64,000 nt of DNA from Laetmonice hystrix. Lineage: Eukaryota. The notes under the pieces were generated by a model. The model was not told where the DNA came from. It made no database searches and saw only the letters and a list, made by a program, of their open reading frames with translations. The position numbers were made by a program, and so were the translations under genes. Positions 49,168-61,643 of the stretch are shown here, in pieces. How positions within the stretch are numbered: the first letter of the stretch is position 1; each line of letters begins with the position of its first letter. The DNA lies in NCBI GenBank assembly GCA_965235115.1, contig OZ249436.1, positions 17,610,001 through 17,674,000 on the forward strand. Direction: 5' to 3'.

Positions 49168-50363
49168 TCGCAGCCGCTACTGCGGGGGATGGGGGTGCCC
49201 TCGCCCTGCCCAAGCCACTAATTAGGCCGTCAGTGCTGGAGTAGGCCTACTACCGTCATGCCCTATAGGCCTATATTAGGCCTATATGACGTTTGAAATC
49301 AATGAAGTCCTTTCAACCTATCAGTTAGGCCTGTATAGGCATTATGTACCGTACCTAGCCATTATCTGATGTCTCTCCCCAGTAGGCCTACACTGTCGTT
49401 CTAGGATCGTTAATTGGCGAGCCCATAGTCCACTGGCGGATCCGGGGGGGGGGGGGGGTTAGGGGGTTTAAACTCCCGAAAGAGCCACCAATTATAACCG
49501 CCTACTGGACCCCATCCGTTAGGGCCCCCTCGCTTCGCGAGCTCGGCACTGTTAGCGTCTCTGTAACCCCCTCCCCCCTTGAAAAAATCTCAAATAAAGA
49601 AACAGCACCGATTCATATCTACAAATATGCGCACAGTTTAGGAAGTGATGCGCTCCTGCTGTAATAGGCTAGGCATGAGGCCTGTATAGGCCTAGATCTA
49701 GGCCTATTAGACTCTACGGCTACCCCGTGAACCGAAGCGAGGATTTGATCGTGCCATTGTTGTTTTTCTGTACTGCGCATGTGCAAGTGGAACCGGCTTC
49801 CTTTCAAAATGGCGACGGAGGGCCTGGAACGGCGGCTTCAATGTCAGTCTCGATCATCCAGACCCTCAGCGGCCCGAGCAGAGGGTCTGGAAAAGTTCCT
49901 ATCTGAGAGTTGTTCGTTTCGTTGAGCCCGTAAGCGGCCCGTTTACTCGGTTCCAGTTTCCGGTTTGCTCGCAGCTGATTGGTCCATACCGAAAATCAAT
50001 CAAGAGCCGGAGCATCTGGGGGGGGGGGGGGGGGGGTCGCATGCAGCGACCGAGCGTGGGAATATCAAGCCGGACGGGGCGTGAGCAGGTGATCCCGTCG
50101 TCGGGCCTGCCAGCGTGTTCACGCGTCCCACAGAATCTAGCCATTCACTCGTTTTTTTAAACAATTTTAAACCGGTCTGAGGTTTTAAAAATATATGCTC
50201 CTAACATATATCCTAAGCCTTAGTTTGTGGGTGGTACGTTTGATAACGATTCCGAGCGCAGTGATCGAGCTAGTATTATGAAAAATTACGAGTTGATTGT
50301 CGGCTGTCCGACACTGACAGCGACTCGCGCCCGGGTGCCTGGTCTGCCGGCGAGGGTTAGAAC

Positions 50364-50967
50364 CATTCGGGAATCCTCGGCCATATCTTCGAAAGTAGCC
50401 TCGGGTGAAACAGGTGCCATTTTGAGCATTGCATCTCGGGTACATTTAGCCGGGACTCTCGACAGCATGGCAGTGCTTGCAGTATTTTGTCTGCATCAGG
50501 CATGGAAGCAACTAAAATAGGCCTACAATGCTTTCCCCGAAGTCAGTGGTCAATATTACAATAGTATCATGTCATGATACAACTTAAATTACAACATGAT
50601 TACAAGTAGTCCTACCATGTGTCGGGCCAGTGTCGTACGCGTGTCGTACATGGGCGCGGCCATATTGCTTCCCAGAATTTAATAAATTACCGTATTGACG
50701 CCCATTTAGGTAAATTGGGTGATTCATTTTTCTTCTTCAAACGTTCCCCTTCATACCAGAAATTTATATTTGCACATACAACGCCGAAGGAGCGGGTGTC
50801 AATAATGCACTACTTCCTGGCTCGATGGGATATGACGGTTCACTCAGTGCCTCGCTACACACCTCCATTTGGCGGTGTATCTGGTTGCCAAACATGGCCG
50901 CTATTCCACCCGAGGGTATATTCGAATAGCAGGAAGTGACGTCATATGCCCGAGGGAGTCCCGAATG
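50364..50967. mobile_element. 604 bp MITE, uninterrupted inverted copy of the element at 801-2664
   Basis: TIRs cattcgggaatcctcggccatat / atatgcccgagggagtcccgaatg; ggttagaac at 50355-50363 and 50968-50976. Confidence 0.92.
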
Positions 50968-52950
50968 GGTTAGAACATTCTAACTAACCGCAGTCGGGCT
51001 GAGCCCTTCCTTCATATGTTTCAATGACTGACGCTGGGCATTAAATAACATATTGACATCTCACGACACTGTTTATTCTTAGTTATAATACTAGAACAAT
51101 CTTATTCAGGCAAACTGACCAAAACAAACACCGCTCTGAGATCGCTTACGACATGGAGCACGGGGCGTGACTACTGCGCCACCTTGTGACGAACAAACGC
51201 CAGACACAAACTTTCCCAGACTCACGTACAGCGAGAGAGAGTCGGGTGACCGAGACTGCTTCAATGTAGGCCTACAACAAAAGGGCCTAACAGTAACACG
51301 TACAGTAACATGCAGTCAAAATCACCTTCGGAATAGAAGATGTCTTGCACATTAACATGGGTATTTCATTGTAAGTATACAGGCGCGTAGCCAGCTTTTC
51401 TCGTGGGGGCGGGGGGGGGGGGGTCGTTTCATAGTATTTGGGACCTGTCACCTCTAAAAGAAAAGAGTTAAAATAAAACCCAATACTGTAGGCCTATCTA
51501 AATCGTTACATGACATAAAATTATTGGTTGGTGTGTGTGTGAATGACATGTCCCAAGTTCCAAGATTTAAAATGCGGGTCAAGCTAGCGCCGGGAGGTCT
51601 GGGGCCTCCCCCAGAAAATTGTGAAAATTAAAGTGGAAGTCTTGTTTCAGCCTTGTGTTTTTGATTATATTGAAAACCTATTGTTAAAACAAGAACTCCG
51701 CCCGGCCCTAAGACGCTTTTTTACCTTGGAGGCTCATTTGATTAGGCCTATATTTGTAGTGAGCCTAGTGTAGCCTACGTTTATTCGGTGGGCAATTATC
51801 TTTAGAGCTTGTTCAATGTGTTTTTCATTATTTATTGTGTAGCGTTTGTTGCATGTGAAGGACTTTTATATCTATTGTCGTGTTTGCCCAGTGCCCTGCT
51901 TCATGATTTATCGTACTGTACTGTAGTGTTTGTCCAATGTGTTGAGTCGGTATGTACAGGTTGTCTGTGAACCTGAGGGATGCACATCTTTTGTAGACAT
52001 TTTTCTTTGCTGCATCATCTCCCCAGCTTTGAAATGGAATTTGGTGCTTTCAAACGCCACCTTTGGTCACTGCAGTCTGAACAGGAAAATCCCATTTGAA
52101 ATATGATTGTAAGGATTGTGAAGGTGTGCTTGCGAGCCACTTGATTGGCGGCCGGACGGCCAGGCGTGGCAGGCCGGTCGTTCGTCTTCGAACCGTCCCA
52201 AACACCAGCCAGAAGTCGCGGTCTGCGCGCGCAGCCCACCGCCTGCCTGAGAAAACCTCGGTTTGGAAACAGCGCTGAGACGCACGTGAAAGTGACATGG
52301 GCAAGGACAAAGTGCTTTTCTCTGTCGGATTTATAATTTATGAGTCGGCGTGAGGAAGCAGGATGAGAGGAGGTTGATTTGTTGTCTGTGGTCTCATATC
52401 CATTCCATGTGTGTTGGGGGTGGTGGCTTTATCCAGCGACCACCTGTGTGTGTCTTAACGCCAGGTGTTCGTCTCCCCCACCCGAGGCGACGGGTCCGAG
52501 CGTCTGTGGTGGGTGTCAACCTTAAACAGAGATCTCCACACAGCATCCAGTGGATCTCTCAGGCAAGATGGATCTTGATTCCCTTCTCCTAGGAGAGAGA
52601 AAGACAAACATGATGAAAAAAAGCGGGGAAGGGGAGAGGGGGGGAGGCGAAGCAAGGGAAAAGAAAGGAATGAACAGGAGATTTCATTTTCACTTAAAAG
52701 GTCTGCGTCTCACTGCCATGTCATCACCCCTTCCGTCAGCCTCCTGCAAATTAAACCAAGCTAACCTACGAAGTACTACATAAGCTTACATATTTACATA
52801 GTTTTCTAAAATGGCTAGCGAAGGTGGAAGTATATAGGTGGCAACAAGGTGACGACTAAGTAGCTGGTAGGTCACAATACGGTTGAAAAATGTATAGCGG
52901 TAATGTGCGGTGGTAACACGGTTTAGGAAGGTGGTCACACGGTGATGATG

Positions 52951-53119
52951 ATGTGTGAAAGGTTTGTCAGTCACTTCCTTCCCGAAAGGCCGGTGGTTTC
53001 CTCCGGGTACTCCGGTTTCCTCCACCAAGAAAAACTGACTTTCGTCACCATCAGCCTCTTCACCGCCGTGATATGACCCTGGCTGTTGCAAGGCGTCAAC
53101 CCCCAAATACCCACCCACC
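52951..53119 (+). mobile_element. 5'-truncated SINE with conserved central domain (Meta/V-type) and (accc)n tail
   Basis: ggtggtttcctccgggtactccggtttcctccacc core; 13-bp TSD cacggtgatgatg at 52938-52950 and 53120-53132. Confidence 0.8.
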
Positions 53120-54346
53120 CACGGTGATGATGCGGAAAAGCGCGGTAATCTTGACCTTCATTGACCGCGGACAACCGTATCCCCACCTTCTCCACATTTT
53201 AACCTAGGAATTTTTGCCCCACCGCCGTCATTCAGCACGGTTTTGAACCCTGCTGAAGCGCCTTCCAAACCGCCTCCGTGTGAGGTTACAAACAACATGA
53301 AAGGGTCGTATCTCACCTTTATCTGCCGGCAGGTGGCGCGTTGATCTGACTTCCTTTTAATCGGGACAAACAAATGAACGTTTTGCGGTTCGGTAAAGGG
53401 CAGTTTTGTGCCAAAGATGTATTGTTTGCGAGCACGCTGAGCCCATTACACTTGGCACTGCTCGCGTGTCGAGAGGTGGCCAATTAAAAGGTTGATAATG
53501 AATGCATTCTAGCACTTCACAAGGCTTGGCCCATCGATTGGTCCACCCACACAGACTGCGTAAACCATAAACATGGCGGCAGTCAGCACTGCACAACAAC
53601 TCCGACAAGCCAAACCGTTAACGAGATCCACTGAAAGTGGATTTGCCTGCATGTTATTTACTACTATCAATAAATTCGCCTTCTTTTGGTTAAAAGAAAT
53701 TAATCGATACACCTTAGCATGTTCTAATAGACTTGTGGAAAAGTGTTTCGTGAAACTTTTCATGCTCGCAAAAGTTCAGGTTGTCCTGGTGATCGTCTTT
53801 GAATATTCAGTAATCCTACGAGATATGATTTACTGGTGACTGAATCTTCCTTTGAGTATACTGACTCAAATTTTCACAAAACTTTAGAGAATTGCCCGGT
53901 CCGGAACAGGAAAAGGCATATAGGATACTTCCATATAGCCAGTCTGCCATGATTCTAGAGGTGGAAGTGTGGCCGTGCTGGGGGGGGGGATTCCTACCAT
54001 TATCTTAGTTAGCTCTCAGATCTGACCATTGCGTGTCTTACTTGGATCTGATGCCATCACTGTTTCCTCGCTGGACCAGGAATCGTGGCCGTGGTGGCTC
54101 CTAGTTATCTTACAGAAGACTGAGGCCAACACAGTTATTTTCCCCGGGTGAGGGTCGAAGTATTTGTCTGGTGGTTGATCGAGATGATGGCAGATGAAAA
54201 GCGAAGAAACTTTTGATGTATGGATTCACCTTGATACCAGGGGGAGCCACCATCGCTCGGACGCCATCCCCGGTCTGCCAGTCACGGCCACATCCAACAA
54301 TTCACCCTTCCCCCATCTCTCATCGTGCCCTCCCCGCCGCCGCGTC

Positions 54347-57300
54347 GTTTAGGGGCACCTATTGAATGTTTCATGTAATCACAGAGGGGGCAGTGTCAGA
54401 CAAAGCTCAGAGTTTCTTTGGTGGTGAAACACGTATAATAAAGTAAGTATACGTTGTGCAGTTCTCTCAGGCTCCTTTGTAGACAAGTGTCCTGTCTGTG
54501 TTCGTTAATATCTGTGGGTGACTTGAGAACCCTCCAGTCAACAACTGATAGAGTCAGCAAGATAACTCAAAAGGTTGCTTTTGTTCTCGTAGCTATGAAG
54601 TCGGAAAGGGCGATATGAATAGGTATGATTTGATAGTTGTGTGTTTCTACCGGGTAAATCCCAGCGGTACAAGAAAACTTTGAAAGAGAACCAGGAAAGA
54701 TTGGAGTCTTGGGTTAAAAGTTACGGATTGTGGAAGGCACACTTCTAACGGGAAGAAAGAAATCGCCTGTTTAAAAAAAGTTGATCAAAGCCCATTGATC
54801 GACCGAAGGGGTAATTTCCTCACCCTCTTACTCATGCTGAATACTCATGCTGAATGAGTAAGAACCCACTCACCCCCCAACCCTTGTCTTTCATTGGAGT
54901 GGAACAATAAACTATAGCGTATTTCCAACCCCGACCTTTTTTGTCCAAGCTGATGAATTCAAAATGTTGTAGAGACATCACTGGTTCAATAGGGGCAGTG
55001 CAGGGTGTCTCAGATTTTATTGGCTGGCCTTAATAAGGATGCTGCACGGAGGCTTATTCCAGGGAGAAAAACAAATAAACAAACGAAAAAAAAAATAAAA
55101 AGGAGGCGGTTCTGCTGAATCCGGAGGAGAGTCTGGCGCCCCATTTTAGGATCATTGATCTATCTTCCAAACACTGATAGAATCCACGGGCCCGACTGCC
55201 CGACCCGACCCGACCCGACCCGATCGTCGCCCTCGGCACGCAGATCACCTCCGCCCGGACACCAACACCAAACCGGATCCACCGGCTACTTATAAAACCG
55301 GGAACTTCATGCGGCAGGAAACGGACCGACTGGGCCCATCCGTTCCCAGCTCAGGGTGGAGATCTTCTACCCGCTGTCGTATTATGTTCATGCTTGAGCG
55401 TGTCCGTATTGAAAACAGCGTGATGACGGATCTGGACGAGCGCTAGAGGAGGCTGGGAGTTAGGGGGTCGTCGCCCGGAGAGGGGGGTCTCCAGGCTGCC
55501 TGCGTGGGCGCCCCCTCCACGCCTCCATTGTATGAAGCATTGATCAACCTTGAAAGGTTCAATATTCAGGGTGGGATGAGTAATGGCGACCCCCACCATG
55601 ACATATCGACTCCACGGTGTACTCCAGTGGACTCCATTGTCTGAGTGACACTGAGAAATGACTGGGTCAGAAGGCAGCAGCCGCAGGAGCTCACACAAAC
55701 CCACACCTGCCCGACTCCTCCACCGCTCGGCCTGACCCCCATTCTGTCCGTCCACCTCTCCATCAGCCTGCCCCTCCATCTTTCCGTCCGCCTGCCCGTC
55801 TGTCTGTCCCCCATCTGTCCGTCTACCTCTCCATCGGCCTGTCCCTCCATCTGTCCGCGCCGTCCACCTCGATCTCCATCGGCCTGCCCCCCCCCCCCAT
55901 CTGTCCGTCCACCTCTCCGTCTGTCTGTCCCTCCATAATATCCGCCCACCTCTCCATTGGCCTGTTCCGCCATCTGTCCATCAATGATCTCTCCGTCTGT
56001 TTGTCCCTCCGTCTGCCCGTCCACCTCTCCATCGGCCTGTCCCTCAATCTGTCTGCCGGTCGGCCTGTCCAGTCAGTTTGGGTTCACTGAGTATCAAGGC
56101 ACGATTAAAAGCTAAATTGTGCACGATAAACAAGCCTACATCTGGTACACTCTCGCTTCCATGGCAACATGCCCCATATGGTTGTATAATAATTATGTTG
56201 CTGTTAAGAAAAGGAAAATTATTCACCTTACGGTTCTGTTATTTCTGTTGCTGTTAGGAGAGGGAAAATGATAAACAAAAGGAGAAATAGCAACTCGTCT
56301 TAAGGTCGGGGCCTTAATTGTTAACCCAGCTAACAAAAACACGTGTTCAGCACGTGTCTGACACGTGTCAAAGTAGTGCAAAGCACGTGTCTGGGACACG
56401 TGTCCTTCACGTGTTTCTGTGAACACTTTATCCCGTGTTAAACACGTGTCATATACATATACGTGTTTAGGGGCACCTATTGAATGTTTCATGTAATCAC
56501 AGAGGGGGCAGTGTCAGACAAAGCTCAGAGTTTCTTTGGTGGTGAAACACGTATAATAAAGTAAGTATACGTTGTGCAGTTCTCTCAGGCTCCTTTGTAG
56601 ACAAGTGTCCTGTCTGTGTTCGTTAATATCTGTGGGTGACTTGAGAACCCTCCAGTCAACAACTGATAGAGTCAGCAAGATAACTCAAAAGGTTGCTTTT
56701 GTTCGCGTAGCTATGAAGTCGGAAAGGGCGATATGAATAGGTATGATTTGATAGTTGTGTGTTTCTACCGGGTAAATCCCAGCGGTACAAGAAAACTTTG
56801 AAAGAGAATCAGGAAAGATTGGAGTCTTGGGTTAAAAGTTACGGATTGTGGAAGGCACACTTCTAACGGGAAGAAAGAAATCGCCTGTTTAAAAAAAGTT
56901 GATCAAAGTCCATTGATCGACCGAAGGGGTAATTTCCTCACCCTCTTACTCATGCTGAATGAGTAAGAACCCACTCACCCCCAACCCTTGTCTTTTATTG
57001 GAGTGGAACAATAAAATATGGCGTATTTCCAACCCCGACGTTTTTTGTCCAAGCTGATGAATTCAAAATGTTGTAGAGACATCACTGGTTCCATAGGGGC
57101 AGTGCAGGGTGTCTTTTATTGGCTGGCCTTAATAAGGATGCTGCACGGAGGCTTATCCCAGGGAGAAAAACAAATAAACAAACGAAAAAAAAACCTAAAA
57201 AGGAGGCGGTTCTGCTGAATCCGGAGGAGAGTCTGGCGCCCCATTTTAGGATCATTGATCTATCTTCCAAACACTGATAGAATCCACGGGCCCGACTGCC

Positions 57301-58413
57301 CGACCCGACCCGACCCGATCGTCGCCCTCGGCACGCAGATCACCTCCGCCCGGACACCAACACCAAACCGGATCCACCGGCTACTTATAAAACCGGGAAC
57401 TTCATGCGGCAGGAAACGGACCGACTGGGCTCATCCGTTCCCAGCTCAGGGTGGAGATCTTCTACCCGCTGTCGTATTATGTTCATGCTTGAGCGTGTCC
57501 GTATTGAAAACAGCGTGATGACGGATCTGGACGAGCGCTAGAGGAGGCTGGGAGTTAGGGGGTCGTCGCCCGGAGAGGGGGGTCTCCAGGCTGGCTGCGT
57601 GGGCGCCCCCTCCACGCCTCCATTGTATGAAGCATTGATCAACCTTGAAAGGTTCAATATTCAGGGTGGGATGAGTAATGGCGACCCCCACCATGACATA
57701 TCGACTCCACGGTGTACTCCAGTGGACTCCATTGTCTGAGTGACACTGAGAAATGACTGGGTCAGAAGGCAGCAGCCGCAGGAGCTCACACAAACCCACA
57801 CCTGCCCGACTCCTCCACCGCTCGGCCTGTCCCCCATTCTGTCCGTCCACCTCTCCATCAGCCTGCCCCTCCATCTTTCCGTCCGCCTGCCCGTCTGTCT
57901 GTCCCCCATCTGTCCGTCTACCTCTCCATCGGCCTGTCCCTCCATCTGTCCGCGCCGTCCACCTCGATCTCCATCGGCCTGCCCCCCCCCCATCTGTCCG
58001 TCCACCTCTCCGTCTGTCTGTCCCTCCATAATATCCGCCCACCTCTCCATTGGCCTTTTCCGCCATCTGTCCGTCAATGATCTCTCCGTCTGTTTGTCCC
58101 TCCATCTGTCCGTCCACCTCTCCAGCGGCCTGTCCCTCTGTCTGTCTGCCGGTCGGCCTGTCCAGTCAGTTTGGGTTCACTGAGTATCAAGGCACGATTA
58201 AAAGCTAAATTGTACACGATAAACAAGACTACATCTGGTACACTCTCGCTTCCATGGCAACATGCCCCTTATGGTTGTATAATAATTATGTTGCTGTTAG
58301 GAAAAGGAAAATTATTCACCTTAAGGTTCTGTTATTTCTGTTGCTGTTAGGAGAGGGAAAATGATAAACAAAAGGAGAAATAGCAACTCGTCTTAAGGTC
58401 GGGGCCTTGTTAA
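54347..58413. repeat. Tandem duplication of ~2 kb (54347-56324 and 56465-58413)
   Basis: Near-identical direct copies with a few substitutions and indels, separated by a 140 bp transposon end. Confidence 0.95.
56325..56468 (+). mobile_element. Solo EnSpm/CACTA-like terminus
   Basis: Begins cccagctaacaaaaac and carries seven perfect cacgtg subterminal repeats. Confidence 0.6.
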
Positions 58414-59104
58414 GCTGCGTGGTGGGTTGGTCCTTGGTGGGATTCAGGAGTTTGGAAACGGGGGGGCGGGGGGTGAAGGAAGGAAATCTGGCTCACAGGC
58501 AGAGCAGGGTCAATTCAGAAAATCGTATGAGGAAAATAAGGAAAATTGGTTGCCAAATAACCGCGGGGAGAGGTGCACCCGGCAGCCTAACCAGACCCAG
58601 CAGCGGGCAGACCCTGGACCTAGCGCAGCCAGTCGAGGTATACAAGGCAGTTCTTGTGGGCCGTGATAAATGGCGCCGTCCGAGCTGGCTGAGATGGGCG
58701 TCCACGTGGCCGGTTTGAGGGCACTCAGTGTGTGGGTGACGCCTGACTAATGTCGTCACGAGTCGGCGGGTCAGTCCGGTCGCCGGGGAGAGCGGCCACC
58801 GACAGACAACCCTATCGGTTAGACGTCGGCGACAGGCTTTCAGACCTTCACATCCTCATTCCTGAAGTAATTTACCCCAGAGAAACTGGTCGGGACCTCG
58901 ATCTCCCCGAACTGAGAGTCTGACTCGGCTGTAGGACACGCGGTTCACCCCAGACGTGACCAGACAGGATTAGCTGACGCAGTGCCACCAATAGCAATGT
59001 CACGAAATGACTCCAGACAACAGGGTGTGGCACCCATAGTCGGTAGCACGACAGGGACCCATAGATAGCACGTGATGTGACACTGACGCGTACATAGTAG
59101 CGTC

Positions 59105-60745
59105 ACAAAATGACGCCACCAGCAGTTACAGGGTACAGTACAAAATGACGCCAACCAGCAGATACAGGGTATAGTACAAAATGACGCCAACCATGCAGCA
59201 GTTAGGGGCCGTCCATCATTTTCATCTTTTTCACGAGCGTACAAACCGTACTAGGGGGGGGGGGGAGGGGGTCTAGACCCTGCGTACGCTTTTATGAAAA
59301 AAATGATGAAATATATAGGCCTAGGCCTACTATTTGCCGCCAGAGCTCTCGCCCTGCGAGAGCGGCGGGCGTCTTGTATAGGCCTATCTGAATTTTGGGG
59401 TGCCTATGTTTATAAGTTCAGCATTTATACAGTTCGTTAACCAATTTTTCAGATCTATGAGCGGATATATAGGGCAATGGGTGCCGAGAATTTCAAAGAA
59501 ATCGGTTCAGGGGAAGGGACAGAGCTCACCTTTTAATTCATGTCGGGAATTAGCCTATAAAAAGACTCTGGTGCATGGGCGGCTCAGGCCTATACCTGAG
59601 TTTGGGGTGCCTGTGTTTATAAGTTCAGCATTTATACAGTTCTCGATATTCTTTAACCAAATTTTCAGATCTAAGGGCGGATATATTGGGGAATTGGTGT
59701 TGAAAATTTCAAAGAAATCGGTTTAGGGGAGGGACAGGGCGTCCCTTTTAATTCATTAATAGTCGGGAATTATAGACTCTGGCGGGCGGCAGGCGGCTTT
59801 TATGAATTTAGAGTGCTTGTGTTTTGATATTTTTTAACCAAATTTTCGGAATTAAGGGGCGGATATATGGGGGAATTGTCATTGAAAATTTCAAAGAAAT
59901 CAGTTTGTGGGGAGGGACAGGGCCCACCTTTTAATTCATGTCGAAAATTATTCCGTCTGGGCCACTAGAGTGACACATTAGGCCTACTACTTCGTTATAA
60001 CTCCTGGGAAAATCCTCAGTTTGGGGGGAAATTTGCCTTCTTTATAGACGTAATTTGGCTATAGCCGAATTCGTTACATCAGTATTTTATTACATTAAAA
60101 ATAACAGGGGAAGAATTCTGTGTTCATTATAACCGGACTCTGGACTGTAGTAAAAAAAACTGACAGAGTGCGAATCGACCGATAATCAACCTATCGCGCT
60201 GCTGGCTAGCTCTGTACAGCTTCTCCGGCAGACCCAATGACGTAATTACTTTTTTCTGACATTTTGAACGTTTAAAAATGCAGGAATACATCTTGTGAGG
60301 TTGATGTTTTATTTTTGTAATTAAAAAGCATATCCAGGTTTCTAGGTGTGTCTCCATTTCATTTTATGATGGCTCTTCATGGGACGATGACAAGTGGTAC
60401 GAAACACCACTACCAGGGTACCGTAAAAAGTCATCATCATTTTTTTCACGGATGGTGCGTACTCTTTAGGGGGGGGGGGAGGGGGGTCTGGAAGGAAGTA
60501 CTCTCTGTACGCTCGTGAAAATGATGAAAATGATGGACGGCCCCTTACAGGATATAGTACAAAATGACGCCAACCAGCAGTTACATGGTATAGTACAAAA
60601 TGACGCCAACCATGCAGCAGTTACAGGGTATAGTACAAAATGACGCCAACCATGCAGCAGTTACAGGGTATAGTACAAAATGACGCCAACCATGCAGCAG
60701 TTACAGGGTATAGTACAAAATGACGCCAACCAGCAGTTACAGGGT
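59105..60745. repeat. ~35-40 bp minisatellite split by a Harbinger MITE
   Basis: cagttacagggtatagtacaaaatgacgccaaccatgcag units at 59105-59204 and 60545-60745. Confidence 0.9.
59205..60544. mobile_element. 1.34 kb PIF/Harbinger-like non-autonomous element
   Basis: ~38 bp TIRs ggggccgtccatcattttcatc...cacgagcgtaca; 3-bp TSD tta; about 3 internal ~200 bp diverged repeats (59380-59945). Confidence 0.88.
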
Positions 60746-60997
60746 AGTAACGGGGTCCCTTAATCTCTCTCCGCGTCCATATGCCATGTAGTGGCTTCGA
60801 CGTACCATGTAGTGGCTTCCACGTGCCTTATGGTGGCTTCGATCGATCCTGTTGATTCAACCAAGGTCTACAGATGTAAGAGCTAGATGTCCCGACAGGA
60901 ACTCTTCCACGATGTTTAGTGGTCACTCAAATTTCGTGGGAATGTTAATATTGCCATGGGAATAACCATTTGAGCGCTCTTCTGTCATTAAGCACTG

Positions 60998-61643
60998 GCT
61001 CGCCATGCACAGCTTCATGCACAGACACCCCGGACCATCTTTGTCGTCCTTGGTTGATCTCCAGACTCGCCATTCACAGTTTACATCAGACACCCCGGAC
61101 CATCTCTGTCGTCCTTGGTTGATCCCCAGACTCGCCATTCACAGTTTACAGCAGACACCTCGGACCATTTCCGTCGTCCTTGGTTGATCCCCAGACTCGC
61201 CATGCACAGTTTACAGCAGACACCCCGGACCATCTCTGTCGTCCTTGGCTGATCCCCAGACTCGCCATGCACAGTTTACATCAGACACCCCGGACCATCT
61301 CTGTCGTCCTTGGTTGATCCCCAGACTCGCCATTCACAGTTTACAGCAGACACCTCGGACCATTTCCGTCGTCCTTGGTTGATCCCCAGACTCGCCATGC
61401 ACAGTTTACATCAGACACCCCGGACCATCTCTGTCGTCCTTGGTTGATCCCCAGACTCGCCATGCACAGTTTACATCAGACACCCCGGACCATCTCTGTC
61501 GTCCTTGGTTGATCCCCAGACTCGCCATGCATAGTTTACATCAGACACCCCGGACCATCTCTGTCGTCCTTGGTTGATCCCCAGACTCGCCATTCACAGT
61601 TTACAGCAGACACCCCGGACCATCTATGTCGTCCTTGGTTGAT
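60998..61643. repeat. 65 bp tandem repeat (~10 copies)
   Basis: ccagactcgccattcacagtttacatcagacaccccggaccatctctgtcgtccttggttgatcc every 65 bp (61061, 61126, 61191...). Confidence 0.96.

Noticed and set aside
55351..58183. Gly/Asp/Arg-rich ORFs in the 2 kb duplication
   Set aside because: Low-complexity tract open in several frames on both strands; the frames differ between the two copies because of a poly-C indel.
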